DNA of 64,000 nucleotides from Marsupella aquatica (lineage: Eukaryota; Plantae; Marchantiophyta): the NCBI GenBank assembly GCA_973895155.1, contig OZ316891.1, positions 20,286,169 to 20,350,168 on the forward strand, written 5' to 3'. Positions 52,553 to 64,000 of the stretch are shown in pieces. The number at the start of each line of letters is the position of its first letter. Positions within the stretch are counted from its first letter, which is position 1. The position numbers were made by a program, and so were the translations under genes. The notes beneath the pieces were generated by a model. That model was not told where the DNA came from. It made no database searches and saw only the letters and a program-made list of their open reading frames with translations.

Positions 52553-55354
52553 AATTCTTTAATTTTGAGCAAAGTATAGTAGAGTCACTAATATATTTCA
52601 TCTCCATTCCCTCCATTTTCCTAGTTTGAATATACTCTAGAAGAAACACCTTTTATCCATGGTGCTATGGGATAGGGCAGCGGAAAAATAGACATGGGCA
52701 GTGGACAAATAGATATGGGTAACTGCCCTCCACCTGCAGCTCCCTAATGCTCACAACTGGCCCAGGCAGCCAAAAATAAACTTGGCATTGGGTTTTTGAG
52801 ATTACTGCCCACCGCACATTGATTCTGCTCAGGATGGAAAAAAAGATTCCAGATGCATCATAAGTTTCTCCGGTAACTGCCCACTGCCTATCACCCTCAG
52901 CCGACTGCCCACTTAAAAACGCATGTCCCAGTCAAATGTTTGTGCTCCTAGCCTTGCCAAGTCCAAGGTTTGCCTATACCCTTGGTTGGGGCATCAAGTA
53001 AAATTTTGATTGCCAATGATCTCATGCCTTCCTCTAGTGGAAACGATTTTATTGTAGTCATAAGTAGTACATCAGGCTCCACTATGCAACTTTACTAGCA
53101 TCAACATGTTTTCTAGTTTTGTAATCCTGGGTTTAGAGTTCTCCAGTTCACCAGAAAAAGTGGCTACAAACAACGTGCCAAGGTTCCAGACTGAACTATT
53201 TCTATGGTCATCTTGGGAAGCCATCAAGCCAAATTTGAGTAAAATAGGAGGTAAAGACTTTGATGCATCCGCATAGAGTTACACAGATTCTTCCACTTGT
53301 GATGGGCAAGACAAAAAAAGAGATAAGCATAGTCATTGCAAACCAAGGAAAAATATGGATTTGAGGGTTCCTGAGAGCAAAGGTGGGGAGGGATGGGCAA
53401 GAGGGGCTCTCTATGACCAAACGGACGATGATGGACACTCTTTGGTGTTTGAGCAAAGCAAAGAAAGGGGGTTGAACAAGAGACACAGCACATAGTCTAG
53501 AACAATTTCTTATTGAGCTTTTGTCAAACAGTCTCGTTGGCTCCTGGGTATGTCATTTGGTGGGAACCAAGGGTTCTTGGAATCAACCCATGGCACATGT
53601 CGTGCCCATGCATTGAAGATTCAGTCAAGATCAAAGAGTGTGTGAATGGGCATTAAGTATTATATTTTGTCCAATGTATGGAGATAGGCTAATGGGAGGA
53701 TGCCATAGAAGCATAAATGGTCGTATTGTTTGTGTGACCATACATAGGCCCATACATAAGGCGCGTGGCTCGCCTAGTACTAGTTTGGTGGAGTAATGGC
53801 TATGGTGAGTTTCGGTTTGGGAGACCAGGGCTTATGGCAGGATCAATGGATGGAAGCAAAGATGGTCGCGCGCTTGTGGGAGACGCCATGGATCAAAGCA
53901 TGAATGGTCATTGCATCTATGTGGCCATAAATAGGCCCATACACAAGCAGGACTCACCTAGAACTAGCTTTGTGGATTAATGTCTATGGTGGGTTCCAAT
54001 AGATTACTTTAGTGGAATGGGTGTATGGAAGAACACAGTTTCCAGTAGATTTAGCAAGATGGGCGTTTGGGAGGACATGATTTATAGTAGATTAATCTAG
54101 CAAGCTAGACTTACCCGAGGACACCATGAATTGATGGAAGCATGGATGGTTGCACTGAGATAGGCTTCTGAGAGGACACCATGAAATGGAATCCCCATGT
54201 CAATAAGACCTTACATAGGCCCCAACACACCTACTAGCTTGGTGAAGTAATTTGTATAGTGGCGTGCTTTCCAGTAGCTTAATTTAGTGAGATGGGCTTA
54301 TTGGAGGACGCCATCCAGGTGCTGATAACAAAGGTGCTTTGGAGGGTATGCTCAGCCATATAATGAGCTTGGAAGTCTATGATGGTAGTCTTTGATGGTA
54401 TAAACACTTTGTTGGGGCTGACAAGTTACTAGGACTTGTTTGAAAACGCATGACAGTCGGACATAATTTGCTTGACATTTGAGTCTATTCATTTTTATGT
54501 TTGTGAATTGCAACTCCTTACATGATGACACATTCAACCGCCTTGCCTTCCACAGAACTCAAGGATGTGTATCATTTGTGGTGAAGCCCATCTGATTGAA
54601 ACACTTTTTACTTGAAGTAATTTAGCAAACTTGTGTTATAGAGGAGGGGGGTTGGACGTCTGTACACACACTTGTGCTTCTGGCAAGTAGCCCTAGAGAT
54701 TGCTAGTAAGGATTTGGAGGCCTATAGTGACACAATTTCTTTGTTTTCATCAAGTACATAGTACATAGTTGAAGGAGCTTTGGCTATCCTATGGTGCTAC
54801 ACTCTTGCTTCTTTTGATCAAATACAATACATTTGTGGAAGCGTTGTGAGGAATCATTTATTCTCTTGGAAGCAAAGCTATGGCGGGCATGGTTGTTTAT
54901 TTCTGCTCATAATCCACGTGACTTGTGTAGGATAAACACCTGACGCCAACAATTCATTGCATACATTGAAGTCTGATTCAATGAGGAGATAATCAAGCCA
55001 CATAATCATGCCTAATGGTGTAGGTATGGCTAAGATTTTAGATGTCTAAGTATACCGAGATTTTCTTACTGGATACTGCATAATTAAGATGACATAACAA
55101 AAGTATACAAAACACTCATTTATATGGATGGTTATTTTGAGTCTTGGGGACAATTAATTCCTAGAGTTCCATTTTTGACTTCTGGTTCACTAGTGTAGGA
55201 TTTGGGCACATATCAGTGGACTTTGGCATGATGACAATAGCATACATACATTTGTCAAACTATCATTTGTTGGTTCTGATCATGGATAGTATGATATTTT
55301 AGTGTTGGCTTCCAAATTATTTTCAAAGGTTGTGAGACCTTTGTGTCCATGTCA

Positions 55355-55662
55355 TTATCTGGCAGACTTGGGGGGTCGACTATCAAAAATCTTAGGAACC
55401 ACGTGCAATCCAAAATAAGTGTTTTTGATAGAAATTAACTAAATTTTTAAAAAACATAGAAGACAAAAGAAGGTATTATAAACTCATGTTGATAGAATAT
55501 TCTCTAATATATACCTTTTATAAAGTAAAATAGGTCATTAATACTAAAAATGAAGAATATTTTTGGGATTTTTTTTATAAAATAGGTCTATTTATATTAG
55601 GCTAGGATCGCACGTGATACCCCAAAAAATACACTTAGTTAATCCCCCAAGCTGGCGGACTT
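55355..55662. mobile_element. Degenerate foldback/MITE-like element
   Basis: Inverted pairs cttggggg..acta / tagt..cccccaag and cacgtgcaatcc / ggatcgcacgtg around an AT-rich core. Confidence 0.55.
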
Positions 55663-56107
55663 ATTGTTGCAAGTCACTCCATGCATGCCTCGGCATTTCT
55701 CCATTGTGCAAGTAATGCTATTTAGAAGGGACCAAAGCCATTTTATTTCTTTGTGCTTGGGTGACTTTTGTCCCGTTGCCTATCATTGGCGGCTTATGCG
55801 CCCTTTTCCACCAAAAAAATGTTGTCAGAAAATAGGAAAAGATGTGCCCAAAGCATGTCTAACAAGACCAAATAAAAAATTTTAAATTAAAGAGGAGATA
55901 GTCCAAGAGGAGCACAACAAATACAAGGTTGGGCCAAGAGTTTACAATACTTGAAAGAAACTGAGTAGTAACTTCTGAGCATTTTATGTTGAACATTGTT
56001 TATCAGTATTTACATTGTTCACTAACATGTTTCATATACATCCCTCCATTCCCCTAGTTTGAATACATTCTAGAAGAAACACCCCTCATATATGGTGCTC
56101 TGGGCTG

Positions 56108-56545
56108 CAGAAGCTAGAGGAGAATGCAACCTAACATTCCACTACCTCACCATCTTTGGCCCATGCCTCAAAGCTCAATCTGGTATCAGTGCTTGGAATG
56201 TGTACTAAATTCTTACCAAATTCAAAATCAAGCTCGGGTTCAAGGTTAGGCCTGAGTAGTATGCTATAGGTGCATAAGCTAGAGGAGAAGGCAGCCTAAC
56301 AGTCCACTATCTCACTATGTTTGGTCTATGCCTCAAAATTTTGGCATCATTGCTTGGAATGTGTGCTGAATTTCTTACCCGATTCAGATTTAACGTCAGG
56401 AGTAGTATGCTATGGCAGCATAAGCCGGAGGAGAAGGCAGCCTAAAACAGTCCACTGTCTCACAATGTTTGGTCAATGCCTCAAAGCTCTGGCATTGCTA
56501 TTTGGAATGTGAGCTAAAATTCTTAATCAAAATTCAAACTCAAGG
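56108..56545. repeat. Three diverged tandem units (~145-165 bp)
   Basis: aagc..gaggagaa.gca.cctaa..a.tccact.tctcac.at.tttgg...atgcctcaaa...ttggaatgtg occurs three times. Confidence 0.75.
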
Positions 56546-58211
56546 TTGGAGTAGTAACGCTTGACTAGGATTGGCAGCACATGGCAGACATTTGACCAAG
56601 TAATCAACTACTTCAATCTGTTTTCCATTGCCTGAGCAACTTAAGTGCAACAGGCAGCAGACATCAAGCTTCCACTGCCCTGAACAGAGGGAAGGCCATG
56701 GTTCACTGTAGTATGTGTTTTTGGAGATTGTGAAATAAGATGAGGTCCAAATTGACAATAAACTTATCACAAGGAGGCATTTGGTAAACTTTCTGATTCT
56801 TTTTCCAGGCGAGAGCTTGGGGAATGGAAGCCAGGATAGACCTCCACATTTGCCAAAATGCTTGGATAGACTTTTGCAACCCAGTTAAACCCTAGTTCTG
56901 CTCCTATAGTACATGTTATGCTGGTGAGTAAAATGTGGCAAAAAAAGAAGACAATCATCTTTGGCTGTCTCTCAATTCTCAACAAAATTTGACAATATCA
57001 GGCCATTGGGAAGATATTTTCAAGCCGTTTCTAACAAACCCAACAGAATCAGATTCCATGGATATAGAGAGAGATCCTTGAGAGATATTTTCCAAGCAAT
57101 TTCTACCAAACCCAACCAAATCAGATTCCATTGCATATAGAGGGAGATCAAGAATGTCCAAGTAAGGTGCTAAAAAACTTTAGGAAGCACAAAGTACTCT
57201 CAATTCTTCAAGAATTGTTAGAGATATCAGAGATATTAGAGTTGTTGGAAAGATATTTCCAATTAGCTTCTAACTAGCCCAAGAAAAGTGTATTTTGTTG
57301 GATAACAAGGGAGATTGGTGAAAACTATTTGGAGACAAAGAGGTGTGAATGAATGGTGTTAAAGGGTGTCATGGTCCATGGGGGTTGCATGCTTCACAAG
57401 CTAGGTCCATGGGAGCATCATTTCCCTGAAACAACTTTGACTACATACAGTAAAAATGTGTCAATTTACATATTTTTGTATATGTCTACCCTGGTTACCT
57501 TAATGAACTTGTTGTCCTTATACCAAACAGTGACATATTTGTAAATACCAAAAAAATACAGCAGTCTTATCAATTGAAACATTGTTAGTGGCAAAGTAAT
57601 TAAAAGTTGCTTTGTGAAAATTAGGCAAAATAAATTAGCAAAAACGGAAAGAAAAAGAAAGGCTAACTCTCAAGAAAAGTGCCCTCCTACATGAATAAAG
57701 AAAGAGGGAGCACTGTACCGTAAATGTATGATAGACAGTGTGAGACCATATATAAAACAATGCCAAAGACAAGAAATGTCAAACCCATAGATAGGGTTCC
57801 AAAGGCAAAACAACCCAATAAAAGGGAGGGGAAAAGGCTCACACAAGACCCAAAAGGTCTAACAAAGCAAGCGGTTGCCCACAACCACCAAGGAACAAAA
57901 AACAAAGAACTCACTAAGTAGCCCATAAGGCTAACACCCTACTGGACGGAGACCTAAAAAGCCTGGTAGAGCTTTCGAGTAAACCACACCCAAAGGTCAC
58001 CAAGTGCGAGAGAGACCTGAAAAGCCTGGTAAAGCTTTGGAGTAAACCTTATCAAAAAGTCCTCACTGTAGACCCTGATTCTGAGCATTAACACGTTTTC
58101 CTCTGACCCCTAATTTCTTCTTCCAATTTTATTCTGCTAAAGCTGAATTGTGTTTGCGTGGTGCTTCCTTACAATCGAAATCCTCTCATCTCAGAAACTC
58201 TGGTCCTCAAG

Positions 58212-61200
58212 ATGGCCTTGCGGTTGATGGATTTTGTTACGGAAAATCAGGTACGGCATTCTTCCGATGGATCTTCCTATTCTTCCTGTCACTGAGATTT
58301 GTCTCCAGGTCTAGGTTTGTCATCGTCCTTCGAAGGTTGCTGAACGGAAGGGTCCCTTGCGGTGTTCCATTCTCTACAAGTTCTGCAAACCTCGCATTGT
58401 TGACGGAAACCCATCGGTGTCGTCAATTCTCTATAGGCCATGCCCCAATGTCACTGTGCAACAAACTTAGGGTTGAGCTTCGACGTTAAAAGCACCGAAC
58501 ATGAACTTGTGGAACACCGGAATTCCATCGACAAACTTAGGGTTTTAGCTTGGACTTTAAAAGCACCGACCATGAACTTGTGGTACAACATCTGAATTCC
58601 ATAAGCAAACTTAGGGTTTGAGCTTGGATCTTAGAAAGCACCCAACATGAATTTGTATTACAACACCTGAATTCCAAATGCAAACGTAGCGCTTGAGTCT
58701 GGACATTTAAAGCACGGGACATGAACTTGTGGTACAACACCTGAATTCCAATGATGCGTTTTGTACTCAATCCTGTTGTGAAACGCGAGCCACTCATCTT
58801 TTGTAAGAACATTGTCTCATAAGTCTTGTCGTAAGGGCCGAAGTTTTCTGGCGTTTCTGAACTATCCGGAAAAGGTACTGTACTAATGTCTGCTGATTCG
58901 CTGTTCGGCGTTAGAATGAATTATTTCACTGAATGGTCAATTTGCGTATGTTTGTATCCAAAATAGAATTCATGGGTTCCAGTTGCACGAGTCGTAATGT
59001 TTTACATTGACACCGTTTATTGTTTTGTTTTTGAATTTATTGCTGTATCTGGTTACTGCCACCTTCTATGATTCAGTCCTGAATAGTATGATGGAAGCTT
59101 GCGAGCAGACTGGTTAACCCTCAGACATCTTGATCTCCTGGGCGAACCTTTTTCATTTGGTTGTGTTTGAAGTGCACTGGTTTCCTCCCTTGCTCTTTGT
59201 GGCCAGCGTGGTCAGCACATGTTTTCAAATCATAGTGTTTTGTCGCGCATGTATCTGACATGGGGACGTCAGGAGCTTTGTGGTATTTTCACTACGCAGA
59301 CGTTACAAATCTTTATTTCTTGTCGAACACTATGAACTGGAGTACTTAGTTACAACCTGATTTCGTATGTATCAGGTAGAGAAGGAAAAGGAGCTGTTTG
59401 AAGGTGGTCCACGGCTGGTGCAGAGAGCGAGCCCAAATGAAAGGCCTCTATATGAGGTAGGCCGCAATAACGGTTGCCTTTTACACCGTAAAAATCCTTC
59501 TCCGTTGGATTTGCATCAGTAGAGAAATGCAAAAATAAGTTGCTCTATCCAGACGAGGCCTTTCTCAAGGAACGATAGCCTGTTCTACGATACTGGAGTG
59601 ATTTCCCACTAAACATTTACTGTTTCTAAAGCTTTTCTCTGGCTGTCCAGATATTGAAGGAAAACAGGGACAAGAAAGATACTGAGTTTACTGAGAAGTT
59701 TAAACATCGTATGTTCATCCTTTTTTTTAATTCCTGTCTTTCTTATGACGTCAGTTTCTACCAAGTGGAGAAATCCTGCTTGCCATTTTTAATATCTCAG
59801 TGGGCATCAAACTATGCTTGTTAGTTCAACCCGACATTTTCTACATATTCCTCGCAGTGTAGGAGAACATGATTGTCTCTTTCTGTTGCTGTAAAGCTTC
59901 TTCCCTTCTCTGGGAGGGTTCCTGTTTCACTCGAAAGTGAATGTGTGTCTGGCCAAATCTCTTTAAAACGTAGCAAAGAAAGAATCAGAAAAAAGTGAGA
60001 CTGTATGTGCCAGCATATCAGTTTGCAAAGAAACGCAAATGAAGCTGGTCTGTCTGGAACTGTCTGGTATCCACAGGGCCTCCTAAAGCTTTGGATGAAG
60101 ATGAAACTGAATTCCTGGAAGCTGTGGAGATGGTGAGCATGGCTTCTTGGGCCAGTGAAGTGTCATAGGGTATGGACACAGTATACAGTTTTTGGGCAAG
60201 ACGATTGTCGTAGTACTTTCTGGGCAGTGCTTAAAGAGTCAGAGGTACCTGGAATTACTTGCTTCATTTATCGTATGCACGTTATCGAAATGTGATCTGT
60301 CTCAGTATGTGCAGTAGGAGGTCTGACAATTCCTTTTTCCCCCTTTGCTTTCATTTTCTGTAATTGTATTCATGGTTTGTTCTCTAGGTTTGCTGCAGGG
60401 CTCTTTAAGCATACGTGGTTAGTTTCTGAAGTAGCTAACCGTCACATTTCTCACCTGATCGTCCAGCACAAGAGGGAATTGGAATCCAAAGAAAAAGAGG
60501 AGGAGGCTCTGCAACTCTTAAACTTCCAAGTATGTACATGATGCTCTCGGTGTCAAGTGCCTTGCACGTTGCAGATACAAGAGCGTTTGATGTCGTCCAT
60601 TCAGCACCCGTGTATAAGACCGTTTGGTCATTTTGACGAGCTCTTTATTCATGAACAATGAACAACTTATTGGTGGATCCTCTCCTTTCAGGCAGCACTA
60701 GCTAGTAGAACTGTTACGACGGATGAACCAAGAGTTTTTGTAAATCAACCGCAAGAGGTCAGTTTTTTCCTTGGGCTTGCTCATTATGTTCTCCATTTTG
60801 CTATTAATTCGAGTTGAACTGCTGTGCTCGTTGTATATGTCATCAATTTCCTAAGATTTCTATTTAGAGACCCATTGTGATGTCTATTTTACTTTGGGGC
60901 TAAACATCCACACGAGAAGCAGGATGCGGAACTATTGCTCGTATTTGTGGAGTACTCTTTAATGTCAGCTATAAGTTATGCAGGGTCAGGAATTGCCTCG
61001 CAAGACTAAGCAACCTGCTTCGGGGCGTACATTGCCAATTTCTGTGAAGTTCAAGTTAGTCCCCAAAAAAAGCAAGCTAGAACCAGCATTAGAGGATCAG
61101 CAATCCAAGAACAAAGTCGAACAGGCACGGGAAAGTTTGGTAGCAGATGGAACTGAAGTTCAGAAGTCCATAGATTTACCACAGTCAGGACTTTTAGGAT

Positions 61201-61241
61201 TGAGTTCCTACAGTGATGACAGTGATGACAGTCTTCATTGA
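58212..61241 (+). CDS. FAM192A/NIP30 (PSME3IP1, Fyv6-like) nuclear protein, 7 exons
   Basis: In-phase GT-AG exons: MALRLMDFVTENQ / ...ERPLYE / ILKENRDKKDTEFTEKFKH / RPPKALDEDETEFLE / ...EEALQLLNFQ / AALA... / ...GLLGLSSYSDDSDD. Confidence 0.9.
58462..58753. repeat. Four ~72-bp tandem units in intron 1 carrying telo-box-like TTAGGGTT(T)
   Basis: caaacttagggtt..agctt.ga..t.aaagcacc...catgaacttgtgg.acaacacctgaattcca starts at 58462, 58532, 58606 and 58681. Confidence 0.85.
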
Positions 61242-62078
61242 AATGGGGTTTAGTTGTGGATTCGAGTCGTCAAAATGGGGCGCGGTTTGACATTCATTCG
61301 GAAGTGTGACCCCTCTCCGGGATTAGTTCTGAGCCAGTGTCATGCATGAAGTGGCTCTTTATGCGCTTTGAACTAATTAAGAAATGGAAGGCATAAGAGA
61401 CATGGTCACATGAGGTTTCTTCCATTCTCCAGCTGTGAGGTCCAAAACCTCAAATCACCGAGTGGAGACTCTCCGCTAGAGTTCTTCAAGAGTTGGTTGT
61501 GGAATGGAGCACAATTAAATTTCAGTAGACGAATTTCGAAGAATTCGTAATACAGATGAAGTTTGATCTGCTTGTCAATAGTGGTAACCAGGATGGAGCA
61601 TCTGCAGAGCTACCGCAGAGTTATTGTACGAAAAATGAACACTGTTCCATGTGAACTTATATGTACTCGCTTATATGTCCGTGTTTTACGCCATAATGTT
61701 AAGAGTATGTGTTAAAGCTGTAAAGTAACAATTTTTCCCATTATACATCATCGGTAGTCTTTCTCAGGATGTGTGTCTCGCACAATAAGTCTAAATTGTC
61801 GTTGGTCTGTCTCAGGATGTGCATCTTGCACAACTAATCAAAATTTTCGTTGGTGTGTATGTGCTACCTTCGATTTTCTCGCTGGGTACGAAGATACGCT
61901 TTGGAGTTCATGTTGTTGTAATGTTGAATGAATTCAACAGGTTTGGATCGAAATTTTGGGCGGAGTGGGGGAGTTTTGTATCAACGTTGGTTAATCTGGA
62001 GGAAGGGTACCAACCATCTTCGAAACTCGGAAGATTCATTTAGATATGTTAAATATCATCTGATCTTAGGAGAATTTT

Positions 62079-64000
62079 TGTAGAACCCCATTTTATCGGG
62101 GCACCTACATTAGTTTCTCCCCGGGAGACTCTCATGAGCTTGACTTCGCCAACGAAGATATTAGAGTTTTCCTTACAGTGATCAATCCTGGGTGACTCAA
62201 CCATTATTTTCAATCCAATTCAAGGTGACTTACCATTAGAACCCAGCTTCAATATAGGCTCAAACTGCAAGAAGGAATTCAGGGCACTTACCATTAACCC
62301 GCTTCAATACAGGTTCAACCGCAAGAAGGTCTCCTGGAGGTGCTTCACTCTAAGTCACCAAGAGTTTCAACCACGACAACTTACACGAGGTGCTTCACCC
62401 TAAGTCACCAAGAGTTCCAACCAAAGACAACTTCCCGATCGAGAGAGCTTCCTGATCGAGAGAGCTGCTAGAGAGCCTTTGTTAACTGATCCTAAGTCTC
62501 GTGACTTAGCTGGGTGAGGGGTGATTTGATCGAGAGAGCTTCCAGAGCCTTTGTTAACTGATCCTAAGTTTCGTGAGTTAGCTGTGTGAGCGGTAATTTT
62601 ACGGTGAATCAATTTTTGGGCCGTCACCTATCTTTCCATCCAGTTCATTTGCGCATTCCTCTAATAGTATTGTCCAAATCATCGTAAATCCTAACAGAAG
62701 TATCGTTAATAGCCACACTGGTCAGTCCAATTCGAATCGACCTTCTTCCCTGTGACAGTAGTGTGGACTGTCAGCGTTGGATCGGAATCTGAACCAGATC
62801 ATTACAATTATCAAGTTCATTGATTGAAACCAACTCTACTGTAGTGCTGCAGCAGCAGTTGTAAGATTTGTGAAGAAGCAGAGAACTTCCTGTCCTCCGA
62901 ACAGAGCGAACTCTCCCCGTTTGGAGGTACAGTCGCGGAATCAGATTTGTGAGGAGCGGAGAAATCACTCTCTTCCAAAGACACAGAAGTCTTCCTGTTT
63001 TAAGGTCCAGTCGCAGCGGAGAAAATCGTGAACAACTCACCGACCTAAACCCTACACATAGTCCCCAGTGCGGACATTAACAAATCAGACTTCAGTTCAG
63101 TCAGCATCAAAGGTCAAGGTCTCCCTTCAATCCACGTCGGAGCGCATGCAATCCACGCTCGTAACGAGCGACAAGATCTAATTTTCGTGGACGATGGAGA
63201 AGCGGAGACCTGTCGTCCGAATAGATTGACAACAGAATCCTTCAAGCTAGCAAGACGGTCCCCAGTGCGACTAATTCAATTCTAGAAAGTACAGTTCTTA
63301 GAGTTGAGAAATTTTCACAATCGTACTGCAAAAGAAAGAAAAGAAAAGAAAGAAGAGCATCCTTCAAGCAAGACTGCTCTTCAAGCAACACAGACATGGT
63401 ACACAGTAGAGATCCTTACGGCACTGTCAACGACTTCGTGTCCATCATGAGAGGTCAACAGCGTCTTCCCTTCCATGTCCAACAGGTCCAACACAGTACG
63501 AAACGAAGTAAGCAACGAAATGAAGAACTGACCCACGAAGGCACGAAGAGAAAATGATTCAAGCGAGAATCACGGGCTGCTTCGCACGATCCTTCGCAGT
63601 TCTTGCCCTCTTCAACACCCCCCTCTCCCCACAACTCTCCCTACTGCATGCTCTCGAGAAGACGGATCTGGCGTGCACTTAACCAGGTCTGGATTCACTG
63701 ATAAGTGCACTTGATTTAGATTCCTTTGTTAGATTTAGAGCCCCTCCCCTCAGTTAGTGAGTAGTCACACCCTCATACTTTTACTTTGTATCCCTGCCCT
63801 GATTTTGAGCCCACCCTCAGTAAGTGCATTCTATACTCTACAAAGAGTGGGCATGCATTTATCCGTAAATGCAATCCCATGATTTTGTGCATCTACCGTC
63901 TACAAAGAATGGGCATGCATTTCTCCGTAAATGCAATTTCATGCTTTTATGCATTTACGGACAAGAGCATAGAGACACTCATTGAGGTTAAACACTTTTA
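62079..64000. mobile_element. Probable long LTR of a Gypsy-type retrotransposon, continuing beyond the window
   Basis: Begins TGTAGAACCCC. Non-coding with many internal duplications (cttaccatta, ggtgcttcac.ctaagtcaccaagagtt, agagcctttgttaactgatcctaagt, gggcatgcatt..tccgtaaatgcaat). No coding domain or second end is visible. Confidence 0.45.

Noticed and set aside
57640-58030. Further T-tailed LINE 3' ends on the minus strand (similar stretches at ~25820, ~50370, ~53310)
   Set aside because: Composition is suggestive, but no TSD or protein motif could be confirmed by eye.

Overview
Eukaryotic nuclear DNA from a land plant. Spliceosomal introns, plastid-targeted genes and gene content suggest a non-seed plant such as a liverwort; this is an inference. 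Eight intron-containing protein genes are present: the 3' part of CPSF73 (+), a small basic HMG-box protein (+), EGY2-type M50 metalloprotease (-), APC10 (+), a LIP1-like lipase (+), an SFT1/Bet1-like SNARE (-), acetyl-CoA synthetase (-) and a FAM192A/NIP30-like protein (+). There is also a decayed NDUFAF7 fragment. Repeat-rich blocks lie at ~12.5-14.7, 20.7-28.5, 37.3-39.1, 49.6-58 and 62-64 kb. The most notable non-coding items are: (i) a miniature LTR retroelement whose LTR contains a tRNA-derived Pol III promoter (37327-37537); (ii) three tandem double-guide box C/D snoRNA genes (40743-41507), preceded by ~0.8 kb of unexplained stacked hairpins; (iii) two truncated retroposon insertions with target-site duplications that end in poly(T) on their apparent sense strand. 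Exon boundaries were read by eye and family assignments rest on recalled motifs, not database searches.
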